Under the pieces are notes generated by a model, which ran no database searches, was not told where the DNA came from, and saw only the letters and a list, made by a program, of their open reading frames with translations. From NCBI GenBank assembly GCA_964187785.1, contig OZ076409.1, positions 23,314,001 to 23,378,000 of the forward strand: a stretch of 64,000 bases of DNA. The letters are read 5' to 3'. Numbering within the stretch: position 1 is the first letter of the stretch; each line of letters opens with the position of its first letter. This document shows, piece after piece, positions 11,990 through 25,500 of this stretch. Source of the DNA: Amphiscolops sp. MND2022 (lineage: Eukaryota). Made by a program: the position numbers and the translations under genes.

Positions 11990-14900
11990 AATTTTTTTTG
12001 TGAATTTCAGTCTGTGTTCCGCTGATATATTTGAAAGTTCAGATTTTTTTCGTAGTTTTCAGTTTGTTTTCCGCTGATATATTTGAAAGTTCAGATTTTT
12101 TTGTGGTTTTTGGTCTAATATATTTGAAAATTCAGATATGTTTTTGTGGTTTTCAGTCTGTTTTCCGCTGATATATTTGAAAGTTCAGATTTTTTCGTAG
12201 TTTTCAGTCTGTTTTCCGCTGATGAATTTGAAAGTTCAGATTTGTTTTGTGGTTTTCGGTCTAATATATTTGAAAGTTCAGATTTGTTTTCGTGGTTTTC
12301 AATCTGTTTCCGCTGATATATTTGACAGTTCAGATTTTTTTCGTAGTTTTCAGTCTGTTTTCCTCTGATATATTTGAAAGTTCAGATTTTTTTTGTGGTT
12401 TTCGGTCTATTATATTTGAAACTTCAGATTTGTTTTCGTGGTTTTCAGTCTGTTTTCCGCTGATATATTTGAAAGTTCAGATTTGTTTTCGTGGTTTTCA
12501 GTCTGTTTTCCGCTGATATTTTTGAAAGTTCAGATTTTTTTCGTGGTTTTCAGTCTGTTTTCCGCTGATATATTTGAAAGTTCAGACTTTTTTTGTGATT
12601 TTCAGTCTGTTTTCCGCTGATATATTTGAAAGTTCAGATTTTTTTTAGTAGTTTTCAGTCTGTTTTCCGCTGACATATTTGAAAGTTCAGATTTTTTTGT
12701 GATTTTCAGTCTGTGTTCCGCTGATATATTTGAAAGTTCAGATTTTTTTTCGTAGTTTTCAGTTTGTTTTCCGCTGATATATTTGAAAGTTCAGATTTTT
12801 TTGTGGTTTTCGGTCTAATATATTTGAAAATTCAGATATGTTTTCGTGGTTTTCAGTCTGTTTTCCGCTGATATATTTGAAAGTTCAGATTTTTTCGTAG
12901 TTTTCAGTCTGTTTTCCGCTGATGAATTTGAAAGTTCAGATTTGTTTTGTGGTTTTCGGTCTAATATATTTGAAAGTTCAGATTTGTTTTCGTGGTTTTC
13001 AATCTGTTTCCGCTGATATATTTGACAGTTCAGATTTTTTTCGTGGTTTTCAGTCTGTTTTCCTCTGATATATTTGAAAGTTCAGATTTTTTTTGTGGTT
13101 TTCGGTCTATTATATTTGAAACTTCAGATTTGTTTTCGTGGTTTTCAGTCTGTTTTCCGCTGATATATTTGAAAGTTCAGATTTGTTTTCGTGGTTTTCA
13201 GTCTGTTTTCCGCTGATATTTTTGAAAGTTCAGATTTTTTTCGTGGTTTTCAGTCTGTTTTCCGCTGATATATTTGAAAGTTCAGACTTTTTTTGTGATT
13301 TTCAGTCTGTTTTCCGCTGATATATTTGAAAGTTCAGATTTTTTTTAGTAGTTTTCAGTCTGTTTTCCGCTGACATATTTGAAAGTTCAGATTTTTTTGT
13401 GATTTTCAGTCTGTGTTCCGCTGATATATTTGAAAGATCAGATTTTTTTTCGTAGTTTTCAGTTTGTTTTCCGCTGATATATTTGAAAGTTCAGATTTGT
13501 TTTGTGGTTTTCGGTCTAATATATTTGAAAGTTCAGATTTGTTTTCGTGGTTTTCAATCTGTTTCCGCTGATATATTTGACATTTCAGATTTTTTTTGCG
13601 GTTTTCAGTCTGTTTTCCGCTGATATGTTTGAAAGTTCAGACTTTTTTTGTAGTTTTCAGTCTGTTTTCCGCTGATATATTTGAAAGTTCAGATTTTTTT
13701 AGTAGTTTTCAGTCTGTTTTCCGCTGATATATTTGAAAGTTCAAATTTTTTTGTGATTTTCAGTCTGTGTTCCGCTGATATATTTGAAAGTTCAGATTTT
13801 TTTTCGTAGTTTTCAGTTTGTTTTCCGCTGATGAATTTGAAAGTTCAGATTTTTTTGTGGTTTTCGGTCTAATATATTTGAAAACTCAGATATGTTTTCG
13901 TGGTTTTCAGTCTGTTTTCCGCTGATATATTTGAAAGTTCAGATTTTTTTCGTAGTTTTCAGTCTGTTTTCCGCTGATGAATTTGAAAGATCAGATTTGT
14001 TTTGTGGTTTTCGGTCTAATATATTTGAAAGTTCAGATTTGTTTTCGTGGTTTTCAATCTGTTTCCGCTGATATATTTGACATTTCAGATTTTTTTCGTG
14101 GTTTTCAGTCTGATTTCCGCTGATATGTTTGAAAGTTCAGACTTTTTTTGTAGTTTTCAGTCTGTTTTCCGCTGATGAATTTGAAAGATCAGATTTGTTT
14201 TGTGGTTTTCGGTCTAATATATTTGAAAGTTCAGATTTGTTTTCGTGGTTTTCAATCTGTTTCCGCTGATATATTTGACAGTTCAGATTTTTTTTGTAGT
14301 TTTCAGTCTGTTTTCCTCTGATATATTTGTAAGTTCAGATTTTTTTGTGGTTTTCGTTCTATTATATTTGAAACTTCAAGTTTGTTTTCGTGGTTTTCAG
14401 TCTGTTTTCCGCTGATATATTTGAAAGTTCAGATTTTTTTCGTAGTTTTCAGTTTGTTTTCCGCTGATATATTTGAAAGTTCAGAGTTTTTTGTGGTTTT
14501 CGGTCTAATATATTTGAAAATTCAGATATGTTTTTGTGGTTTTCAGTCTGTTTTCCGCTGATATATTTGAAAGTTCAGATTTTTTCGTAGTTTTCAGTCT
14601 GTTTTCCGCTGATGAATTTGAAAGTTCAGATTTGTTTTGTGGTTTTCGGTCGAATATATTTGAAAGTTCAGATTTGTTTTCGTGGTTTTCAATCTGTTTC
14701 CGCTGATATATTTGACAGTTCAGATTTTTTTCGTAGTTTTCAGTCTGTTTTCCTCTGATATATTTGAAAGTTCAGATTTTTTTTGTGGTTTTCGGTCTGT
14801 TATATTTGAAACTTCAGATTTGTTTTCGTGGTTTTCAGTCTGTTTTCCGCTGATATATTTGAAAGTTCAGATTTGTTTTCGTGGTTTTCAGTCTGTTTTC

Positions 14901-16550
14901 CGCTGATATTTTTGAAAGTTCAGATTTTTTTCGTGGTTTTCAGTCTGTTTTCCGCTGATATATTTGAAAGTTCAGACTTTTTTTGTGATTTTCAGTCTGT
15001 TTTCCGCTGATATATTTGAAAGTTCAGATTTTTTTTAGTAGTTTTCAGTCTGTTTTCCGCTGACATATTTGAAAGTTCAGATTTTTTTGTGATTTTCAGT
15101 CTGTGTTCCGCTGATATATTTGAAAGTTCAGATTTTTTTTGTAGTTTTCAGTTTGTTTTCCGCTGATATATTTGAAAGTTCAGATTTTTTTGTGGTTTTC
15201 GGTCTAATATATTTGAAAATTCAGATATGTTTTCGTGGTTTTCAGTCTGTTTTCCGCTGATATATTTGAAAGTTCAGATTTTTTCGTAGTTTTCAGTCTG
15301 TTTTCCGCTGATGAATTTGAAAGTTCAGATTTGTTTTGTGGTTTTCGGTCTAATATATTTGAAAGTTCAGATTTGTTTTCGTGGTTTTCAATCTGTTTCC
15401 GCTGATATATTTGACAGTTCAGATTTTTTTCGTGGTTTTCAGTCTGTTTTCCTCTGATATATTTGAAAGTTCAGATTTTTTTTGTGGTTTTTGGTCTATT
15501 ATATTTGAAACTTCAGATTTGTTTTCGTGGTTTTCAGTCTGTTTTCCGCTGATATATTTGAAAGTTCAGATTTGTTTTCGTGGTTTTCAGTCTGTTTTCC
15601 GCTGATATTTTTGAAAGTTCAGATTTTTTTCGTGGTTTTCAGTCTGTTTTCCGCTGATATATTTGAAAGTTCAGACTTTTTTTGTGATTTTCAGTCTGTT
15701 TTCCGCTGATATATTTGAAAGTTCAGATTTTTTTTAGTAGTTTTCAGTCTGTTTTCCGCTGACATATTTGAAACTTCAGATTTTTTTGTGATTTTCAGTC
15801 TGTGTTCCGCTGATATATTTGAAAGATCAGATTTTTTTTCGTAGTTTTCAGTTTGTTTTCCGCTGATATATTTAAAAGTTCAGATTTGTTTTGTGGTTTT
15901 CGGTCTAATATATTTGAAAGTTCAGATTTGTTTTCGTAGTTTTCAATCTGTTTCCGCTGATATATTTGACATTTCAGATTTTTTTCGCGGTTTTCAGTCT
16001 GTTTTCCGCTGATATGTTTGAAAGTTCAGACTTTTTTTGTAGTTTTCAGTCTGTTTTCCGCTGATATATTTGAAAGTTCAGATTTTTTTTAGTAGTTTTC
16101 AGTCTGTTTTCCGCTGATATATTTGAAAGTTCAAATTTTTTTTGTGATTTTCAGTCTGTGTTCCGCTGGTATATTTGAAAGTTCAGATTTTTTTTCGTAG
16201 TTTTCAGTTTGTTTTCCGCTGATGAACTTGAAAGTTCAGATTTTTTTGTGGTTTTCGGTCTAATATATTTGAAAATTCAGATATGTTTTCGTGGTTTTCA
16301 GTCTGTTTTCCGCTGATATATTTGAAAGTTCAGATTTTTTTCGTAGTTTTCAGTCTGTTTTCCGCTGATGAATTTGAAAGATCAGATTTGTTTTGTGGTT
16401 TTCGGTCTAATATATTTGAAAGTTCAGATTTGTTTTCGTGGTTTTCAATCTGTTTCCGCTGATATATTTGACATTTCAGATTTTTTTCGTGGTTTTCAGT
16501 CTGATTTCCGCTGATATGTTTGAAAGTTCAGACTTTTTTTGTAGTTTTCA
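11990..16550 (+). repeat. ~700-bp units duplicated in tandem, then re-duplicated at ~2.39-kb offset
   Basis: Near-identical ORF translations at 12292/12992 (700), 14682/15381 (699) and 12292/14682 (2390). Rare GAAAGATCAG and GACATTTCAG variants are shared between the two halves. Confidence 0.75.
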
Positions 16551-19500
16551 GTCTGTTTTCCGCTGATATATTTGAAAGTTCAGATTTTTTTTCGTAGTTT
16601 TCAGTTTGTTTTCCGCTGATGAATTTGAAAGTTCAGATTTTTTTGTGGTTTTCGGTCTAATATATTTGAAAATTCAGATATGTTTTCGTGGTTTTCAGTC
16701 TGTTTTCCGCTGATATATTTGAAAGTTCAGATTTTTTTCGTAGTTTTCAGTCTGTTTTCCGCTGATGAATTTGAAAGTTCAGATTTGTTTTGTGGTTTTC
16801 GGTCTAATATATTTGAAAGTTCAGATTTGTTTTCGTGGTTTTCAATCTGTTTCCGCTGATATATTTGACAGTTCAGATTTTTTTCGTAGTTTTCAGTCTG
16901 TTTTCCGCTGATGAATTTGAAAGTTCAGATTTGTTTTGTGGTTTTCGGTCTAATATATTTGAAAGTTCAGATTTGTTTTCGTGGTTTTCAATCTGTTTCC
17001 GCTGATATTTTTGACAGTTCAGATTTTTTTTGTAGTTTTCAGTCTGTTTTCCTCTGATATATTTGACAGTTCAGATTTTTTTCGTAGTTTTCAGTCTGTT
17101 TTCCGCTGATATATTTGAAAGTTCAGATTTGTTTTCGTGGTTTTCAGTCTGTTTTCCGCTGATATTTTTGAAAAATCAGATTTCTTTCGTAGTTTTCAGT
17201 CTGTTTTCCGCTGATATATTTGAAAGTTCAGATTTTTTTTAGTAGTTTTCAGTCTGTTTTCCGCTGATATATTTGAAAGTTCAAATTTTTTTGTGATTTT
17301 CAGTCTGTGTTCCGCTGATATATTTGAAAGTTCAGATTTTTTTTCGTAGTTTTCAGTTTGTTTTCCGCTGATATATTTGAAAGTTCAGATTTTTTTGTGG
17401 TTTTCGGTCTAATATATTTGAAAATTCAGATATGTTTTCGTGGTTTTCAGTCTGTTTTCCGCTGATATATTTGAAAGTTCAGATTTTTTTCGTAGTTTTC
17501 AGTCTGTTTTCCGCTGATGAATTTGAAAGTTCAGATTTGTTTTGTGGTTTTCGGTCTAATATATTTGAAAGTTCAGATTTGTTTTCGTGGTTTTCAATCT
17601 GTTTCCGCTGATATATTTGACAGTTCAGATTTTTTTCGTAGTTTTCAGTCTGTTTTCCGCTGATGAATTTGAAAGTTCAGATTTGTTTTGTGGTTTTCGG
17701 TCTAATATATTTGAAAGTTCAGACTTGTTTTCGTGGTTTTCAATCTGTTTCCGCTGATATATTTGACAGTTCAGATTTTTTTTTGTAGTTTTCAGTCTGT
17801 TTTCCTCTTATATATTTGAAAGTTCAGATTTTTTTTGTGGTTTCCGTTCTATTATATTTGAAACTTCAAATTTGTTTTCGTGGTTTTCAGTCTGTTTTCC
17901 GCTGATGAACTTGAAAGTTCAGATTTTTTTGTGGTTTTCGGTCTAATATATTTGAAAATTCAGATATGTTTTCGTGGTTTTCAGTCTGTTTTCCGCTGAT
18001 ATATTTGAAAGTTCAGATTTTTTTCGTAGTTTTCAGTCTGTTTTCCGCTGATGAATTTGAAAGATCAGATTTGTTTTGTGGTTTTCGGTCTAATATATTT
18101 GAAAGTTCAGATTTGTTTTCGTGGTTTTCAATCTGTTTCCGCTGATATATTTGACATTTCAGATTTTTTTCGTGGTTTTCAGTCTGATTTCCGCTGATAT
18201 GTTTGAAAGTTCAGACTTTTTTTGTAGTTTTCAGTCTGTTTTCCGCTGATATATTTGAAAGTTCAGATTTTTTTTCGTAGTTTTCAGTTTGTTTTCCGCT
18301 GATGAATTTGAAAGTTCAGATTTTTTTGTGGTTTTCGGTCTAATATATTTGAAAATTCAGATATGTTTTCGTGGTTTTCAGTCTGTTTTCCGCTGATATA
18401 TTTGAAAGTTCAGATTTTTTTCGTAGTTTTCAGTCTGTTTTCCGCTGATGAATTTGAAAGTTCAGATTTGTTTTGTGGTTTTCGGTCTAATATATTTGAA
18501 AGTTCAGATTTGTTTTCGTGGTTTTCAATCTGTTTCCGCTGATATATTTGACAGTTCAGATTTTTTTCGTAGTTTTCAGTCTGTTTTCCGCTGATGAATT
18601 TGAAAGTTCAGATTTGTTTTGTGGTTTTCGGTCTAATATATTTGAAAGTTCAGATTTGTTTTCGTGGTTTTCAATCTGTTTCCGCTGATATTTTTGACAG
18701 TTCAGATTTTTTTTGTAGTTTTCAGTCTGTTTTCCTCTGATATATTTGACAGTTCAGATTTTTTTCGTAGTTTTCAGTCTGTTTTCCGCTGATATATTTG
18801 AAAGTTCAGATTTGTTTTCGTGGTTTTCAGTCTGTTTTCCGCTGATATTTTTGAAAAATCAGATTTCTTTCGTAGTTTTCAGTCTGTTTTCCGCTGATAT
18901 ATTTGAAAGTTCAGATTTTTTTTAGTAGTTTTCAGTCTGTTTTCCGCTGATATATTTGAAAGTTCAAATTTTTTTGTGATTTTCAGTCTGTGTTCCGCTG
19001 ATATATTTGAAAGTTCAGATTTTTTTTCGTAGTTTTCAGTTTGTTTTCCGCTGATATATTTGAAAGTTCAGATTTTTTTGTGGTTTTCGGTCTAATATAT
19101 TTGAAAATTCAGATATGTTTTCGTGGTTTTCAGTCTGTTTTCCGCTGATATATTTGAAAGTTCAGATTTTTTTCGTAGTTTTCAGTCTGTTTTCCGCTGA
19201 TGAATTTGAAAGTTCAGATTTGTTTTGTGGTTTTCGGTCTAATATATTTGAAAGTTCAGATTTGTTTTCGTGGTTTTCAATCTGTTTCCGCTGATATATT
19301 TGACAGTTCAGATTTTTTTCGTAGTTTTCAGTCTGTTTTCCGCTGATGAATTTGAAAGTTCAGATTTGTTTTGTGGTTTTCGGTCTAATATATTTGAAAG
19401 TTCAGACTTGTTTTCGTGGTTTTCAATCTGTTTCCGCTGATATATTTGACAGTTCAGATTTTTTTTTGTAGTTTTCAGTCTGTTTTCCTCTTATATATTT

Positions 19501-19580
19501 GAAAGTTCAGATTTTTTTTGTGGTTTCCGTTCTATTATATTTGAAACTTCAAATTTGTTTTCGTGGTTTTCAGTCTGTTT
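16210..19580 (+). repeat. Tandem duplication, 1683-bp unit
   Basis: GATGAACTTG at 16221 and 17904; CCTCTTATAT at 17804 and 19487. Confidence 0.88.
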
Positions 19581-22500
19581 TCCGCTGATATATTTGAAAG
19601 TTCAGATTTTTTTTCGTAGTTTTCAGTCTGTTTTCCGCTGATATATTTGAAAGTTCAGATTTGTTTTCGTGGTTTTCAGTCTGTTTTCCGCTGATATTTT
19701 TGAAAAATCAGATTTCTTTCGTAGTTTTCAGTCTGTTTTCCGCTGATATATTTGAAAGTTCAGATTTTTTTCGTAGTTTTCAGTTTGTTTTCCGCTGATA
19801 TATTTGAAAGTTCAGATTTTTTTGTGGTTTTCGGTCTAATATATTTGAAAATTCAGATATGTTTTCGTGGTTTTCAGTCTGTTTTCCGCTGATATATTTG
19901 AAAGTTCAGATTTTTTCGTAGTTTTCAGTCTGTTTTCCGCTGATGAATTTGAAAGTTCAGATTTGTTTTGTGGTTTTCGGTCTAATATATTTGAAAGTTC
20001 AGATTTGTTTTCGTGGTTTTCAATCTGTTTCCGCTGATATATTTGACAGTTCAGATTTTTTTCGTGGTTTTCAGTCTGTTTTCCTCTGATATATTTGAAA
20101 GTTCAGATTTTTTTTGTGGTTTTCGGTCTATTATATTTGAAACTTCAGATTTGTTTTCGTGGTTTTCAGTCTGTTTTCCGCTGATATATTTGAAAGTTCA
20201 GATTTGTTTTCGTGGTTTTCAGTCTGTTTTCCGCTGATATATTTGAAAGTTCAGATTTTTTTTGTGATTTTCAGTCTGTTTTCCGCTGATATATTTGAAA
20301 GTTCAGATTTTTATAGTAGTTTTCAGTCTGTTTTCCGCTGACATATTTGAAAGTTCAGATTTTTTTGTGATTTTCAGTCTGTGTTCCGCTGATATATTTG
20401 AAAGTTCAGTTTTTTTTTCGTAGTTTTCAGTTTGTTTTCCGCTGATATATTTGAAAGTTCAGATTTGTTTTGTGGTTTTCGGTCTAATATATTTGAAAGT
20501 TCAGATTTGTTTTCGTGGTTTTCAGTCTGTTTTCCGCTGATATATTTGAAAGTTCAGATTTTTTTTCGTAGTTTTCAGTCTGTTTTCCGCTGATATATTT
20601 GAAAGTTCAGATTTGTTTTCGTGGTTTTCAGTCTGTTTTCCGCTGATATTTTTGAAAAATCAGATTTCTTTCGTAGTTTTCAGTCTGTTTTCCGCTGATA
20701 TATTTGAAAGTTCAGATTTTTTTTAGTAGTTTTCAGTCTGTTTTCCGCTGATATTTTTGAAAGTTCAAATTTTTTTGTGATTTTCAGTCTGTGTTCCGCT
20801 GATATATTTGAAAGTTCAGATTTTTTTTCGTAGTTTTCAGTTTGTTTTCCGCTGATATATTTGAAAGTTCAGATTTTTTTGTGGTTTTCGGTCTAATATA
20901 TTTGAAAATTCAGATATGTTTTCGTGGTTTTCAGTCTGTTTTCCGCTGATATATTTGAAAGTTCAGATTTTTTCGTAGTTTTCAGTCTGTTTTCCGCTGA
21001 TGAATTTGAAAGTTCAGATTTGTTTTGTGGTTTTCGGTCTAATATATTTGAAAGTTCAGATTTGTTTTCGTGGTTTTCAATCTGTTTCCGCTGATATATT
21101 TGACAGTTCAGATTTTTTTCGTGGTTTTCAGTCTGTTTTCCTCTGATATATTTGAAAGTTCAGATTTTTTTTGTGGTTTTCGGTCTATTATATTTGAAAC
21201 TTCAGATTTGTTTTCGTGGTTTTCAGTCTGTTTTCCGCTGATATATTTGAAAGTTCAGATTTGTTTTCGTGGTTTTCAGTCTGTTTTCCGCTGATATTTT
21301 TGAAAGTTCAGATTTTTTTGTGGTTTTCAGTCTGTTTTCCGCTGATATATTTGAAAGTTCAGACTTTTTTTGTGATTTTCAGTCTGTTTTCCGCTGATAT
21401 ATTTGAAAGTTCAGATTTTTATAGTAGTTTTCAGTCTGTTTTCCGCTGACATATTTGAAAGTTCAGATTTTTTTGTGATTTTCAGTCTGTGTTCCGCTGA
21501 TATATTTGAAAGTTCAGTTTTTTTTTCGTAGTTTTCAGTTTGTTTTCCGCTGATATATTTGAAAGTTCAGATTTGTTTTGTGGTTTTCGGTCTAATATAT
21601 TTGAAAGTTCAGATTTGTTTTCGTGGTTTTCAATCTGTTTCCGCTGATATATTTGACATTTCAGATTTTTTTCGTGGTTTTCAGTCTGTTTTCTGCTGAT
21701 ATGTTTGAAAGTTCAGACTTTTTTTGTAGTTTTCAGTCTGTTTTCCGCTGATATATTTGAAAGTTCAGATTTTTTTGTGGTTTTCGGTCTAATATATTTG
21801 AAAGTTCAGATTTGTTTTCGTGGTTTTCAATCTGTTTCCGCTGATATATTTGACAGTTCAGATTTTTTTCGTAGTTTTCAGTCTGTGTTCCTCTGATATA
21901 TTTGAAAGTTCAGATTTTTTTTGTGGTTTCCGGTCTATTATATTTGAAACTTCAGATTTGTTTTCGTGGTTTTCAGTCTGTTTTCCGCTGATATATTTGA
22001 AAGTTCACATTTGTTTTCGTGGTTTTCAGTCTGTTTTCTGCTAATATTTTTGAAAGTTCAGATTTATTTCGTGGTTTTCAGTCTGTTTTCCGCTGATATA
22101 TTTGAAAGTTCAGACTTATTTTGTGATTTTCAGTCTGTTTTCCGCTGATATATTTGAAAGTTCAGATTTTTTTCAGTAGTTTTCAGTCTGTTTTCCGCTG
22201 ACATATTTGAAAGTTCAGATTTTTTGTGATTTTCAGTCTGTGTTCCGCTGATATATTTGAAAATTCAGATTTTTTTTCGTAGTTTTCAGTTTGTTTTCCG
22301 CTGATATATTTGAAAGTTCAGATTTTTTTTGTGGTTTTCGGTCTAATATATTTGAAAATTCAGATTTGTTTTCGTGGTTTTCAGTCTGTTTTCCGCTGAT
22401 ATATTTGAAAGTTCAGATTTGTTTTGTGGTTTTCGGTCTAATATATTTGAAAGTTCAGATTTGTTTTCGTGGTTTTCAATAAGTTTCCGCTGATATATTT

Positions 22501-25500
22501 GACAGTTCAGATATTTTCGTAGTTTTCAGTCTGGTTTCCTCTGATATATTTGAAAGTTCAGATTTTTTTTTGTGGTTTTCGGTCTATTATATTTGAAACT
22601 TCAGATTTGTTTTCGTGGTTTTCAGTTTGGTTTCCGCTGATATATTTGAAAATTCAGATTTGTTTTCGTGGTTTTCAGTCTGTTTTCGCTGATATTTTTG
22701 AAAGTTCAGATTTCTTTCGTAGTTTTCAGTCTGTTTTCCGCTGATATATTTGAAAGTTCAGATTTTTTTTGTGGTTTTCAGTCTGTTTTCCGCTGATATA
22801 TTTGAAAGTTCAGATTTGTTTTCGTGGTTTTCAGTCTGTTTTCCGCTGATATATTTGAAAGTTCAGATTTTTTTCGTAATTTTCAGTCTGTTTTCCGCTG
22901 ATATATTTGAAAGTTCAGATTTTTTTGTGGCTTTCGGTCTAATATACTTGAAAGTTCAGATTTGTTTTCGTGGTTTTCGGTCTAATAAATTTGAAAGTTC
23001 AGATTTGTTTTCGTGGTTTTCAATCTGTTTCCGCTGATATATTTGACAGTTCAGATTTTTTTCGTAGTTTTCAGTCTGTTTTCCTCTGATATATTTGAAA
23101 GTTCAGCTTTTTTTGTGGTTTTTGGTCTATTATATTTGAAACTTCAGATTTGTTTTCGTGGTTTTCGGTCTATTATATTTGAAACTTCAGATTTGTTTTC
23201 GTGGTTTTCAGTTTGTTTTCCGCTGATATATTTGAAAATTCAGATTTGTTTTCGTGGTTTTCAGTCTGTTTTCCGCTGATATTTTTGAAAGTTCAGATTT
23301 TTTTCGTAGTTTTCAGTCTGTTTTCCGCTGATATATTTGAAAGTTCAGATTTTTTTTGTGGTTTTCAGTCTGTTTTCCGCTGATATATTTGAAAGTTCAG
23401 ACTTTTTTTGTGATTTTCAGTTTGTTTTCCGCTGATATATTTGAAAGTTCAGATTTGTTTTCGTGGTTTTCAGTCTGTTTTCCGCTGATATATTTGAAAG
23501 TCCAGATTTTTTTCGTAATTTTCAGTCTGTTTTCCGCTGATATATTTGAAAGTTCAGATTTTTTTTGTGGTTTTCAGTCTGTTTTCCGCTGATATATTTG
23601 AAAGTTCAGACTTTTTTTGTGATTTTCAGTTTGTTTTCCGCTGATATATTTGAAAGTTCAGATTTGTTTTCGTGGTTTTCAGTCTGTTTTCCGCTGATAT
23701 ATTTGAAAGTCCAGATTTTTTTCGTAATTTTCAGTCTGTTTTCCGCTGATATATTTGAAAGTTCAGATTTTTTTGTGGCTTTCGGTCTAATATACTTGAA
23801 AGTTCAGATTTGTTTTCGTGGTTTTCGGTCTAATATATTTGAAAATTCAGATTTGTTTTCGTGGTTTTCAATCTGTTTCCGCTGATATATATGACAGTTC
23901 AGATTTTTTTCGTAGTTTTCAGTCTGTTTTCCTCTGATATATTTGAAAGTTCAGCTTTTTTTGTGGTTTTTGGTCTATTATATTTGAAACTTCAGATTTG
24001 TTTTCGTGGTTTTCAGTCTGTTTTCCGCTGATATTTTTGAAAGTTCAGATTTTTTTCGTAGTTTTCAGTCTGTTTTCCGCTGATATATTTGAAAGTTCAG
24101 ATTTTTTTTGTGGTTTTCAGTCTGTTTTCCGCTGATATATTTGAAAGTTCAGACTTTTTTGTGATTTTCAGTTTGTTTTCCGCTGATATATTTGAAAGTT
24201 CAGATTTGTTTTCGTGGTTTTCAGTCTGTTTTCCGCTGATATATTTGAAAGTCCAGATTTTTTTCGTAATTTTCAGTCTGTTTTCCGCTGATATATTTGA
24301 AAGTTCAGATTTTTTTGTGGCTTTCGGTCTAATATACTTGAAAGTTCAGATTTGTTTTCGTGGTTTTCGGTCTAATATATTTGAAAGTTCAGATTTGTTT
24401 TCGTGGTTTTCAATCTGTTTCCGCTGATATATATGACAGTTCAGATTTTTTTCGTAGTTTTCAGTCTGTTTTCCTCTGATATATTTGAAAGTTCAGCTTT
24501 TTTTGTGGTTTTTGGTCTATTATATTTGAAACTTCAGATTTGTTTTCGTGGTTTTCAGTCTGTTTTCCGCTGATATATTTGAGAGTTCAGATTTGTTTTC
24601 GTGGTTTTCAGTCTGTTTTCCGCTGATTTTTTTGAAAGTTCAGATTTTTTTCGTGATTTTCAGTCTGTTTTCCGCTGATATATTTGAAAGTTCAGACTTT
24701 TTTTGTGATTTTCAGTTTGTTTTCCGCTGATATATTTGAAAGTTCAGATTTGTTTTCGTGGTTTTCAGTCTGTTTTCCGCTGATATATTTGAAAGTTCAG
24801 ATTTTTTTCGTAATTTTCAGTCTGTTTTTCGCTGATATATTTGAAAGTTCAGATTTTTGTGGCTTTCGGTCTAATATATTTGAATGTTCAGATTTGTTTT
24901 CGTGGTTTTCAGTCTGTTTTCCGCTGATATATTTGAAAGGTCAGATTTGTTTTGTGGTTTTCAGTCTGTTTTCCGCTGATATATTTGAAAGTTCAGACTT
25001 TTTTGTGATTTTCAGTTTGTTTTCCGCTGATATATTTGAAAGTTCAGTTTTGTTTTCGTGGTTTTTAGTTTGTTTTCCGCTGATATAATTGAAAGTTCAG
25101 ATTTTTTTCGTAATTTTCAGTCTGTTTTCCGCTGATATATTTGAAAGTTCAGCTTTTTTTGTGGTTTTCGGTCTATTATATTTGAAACTTCAGATTTGTT
25201 TTCGTGGTTTTCAGTCTGTTTTCCGCTGATATATTTGAAAGTTCAGATATGTTTTCGTGGTTTTCAGTCTGTTTTCCGCTGATATTTTTGAAAGTTCAGA
25301 TTTCTTTCGTAGTTTTCAGTCTGTTTTCCGCTGATATATTTGAAAGTTCAGATTTTTTTCGTGGTTTTCAGTCTGTTTTCCGCTGATATATTTGAAAGTT
25401 CAGACTTTTTTTGTGATTTTCAGTTTGTTTTCCGCTGATATATTTGAAAGTTCAGATTTGTTTTCGTGGTTTTCAGTCTGTTTTCCGCTGATATATTTGA

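Noticed and set aside
22967..22982. CENP-B-box-like motif TTCGTGGTTTTCGGT
   Set aside because: Matches only 7 of 9 core positions of TTCGnnnnAnnCGGG and only in rare chimeric monomers; centromeric function cannot be inferred.
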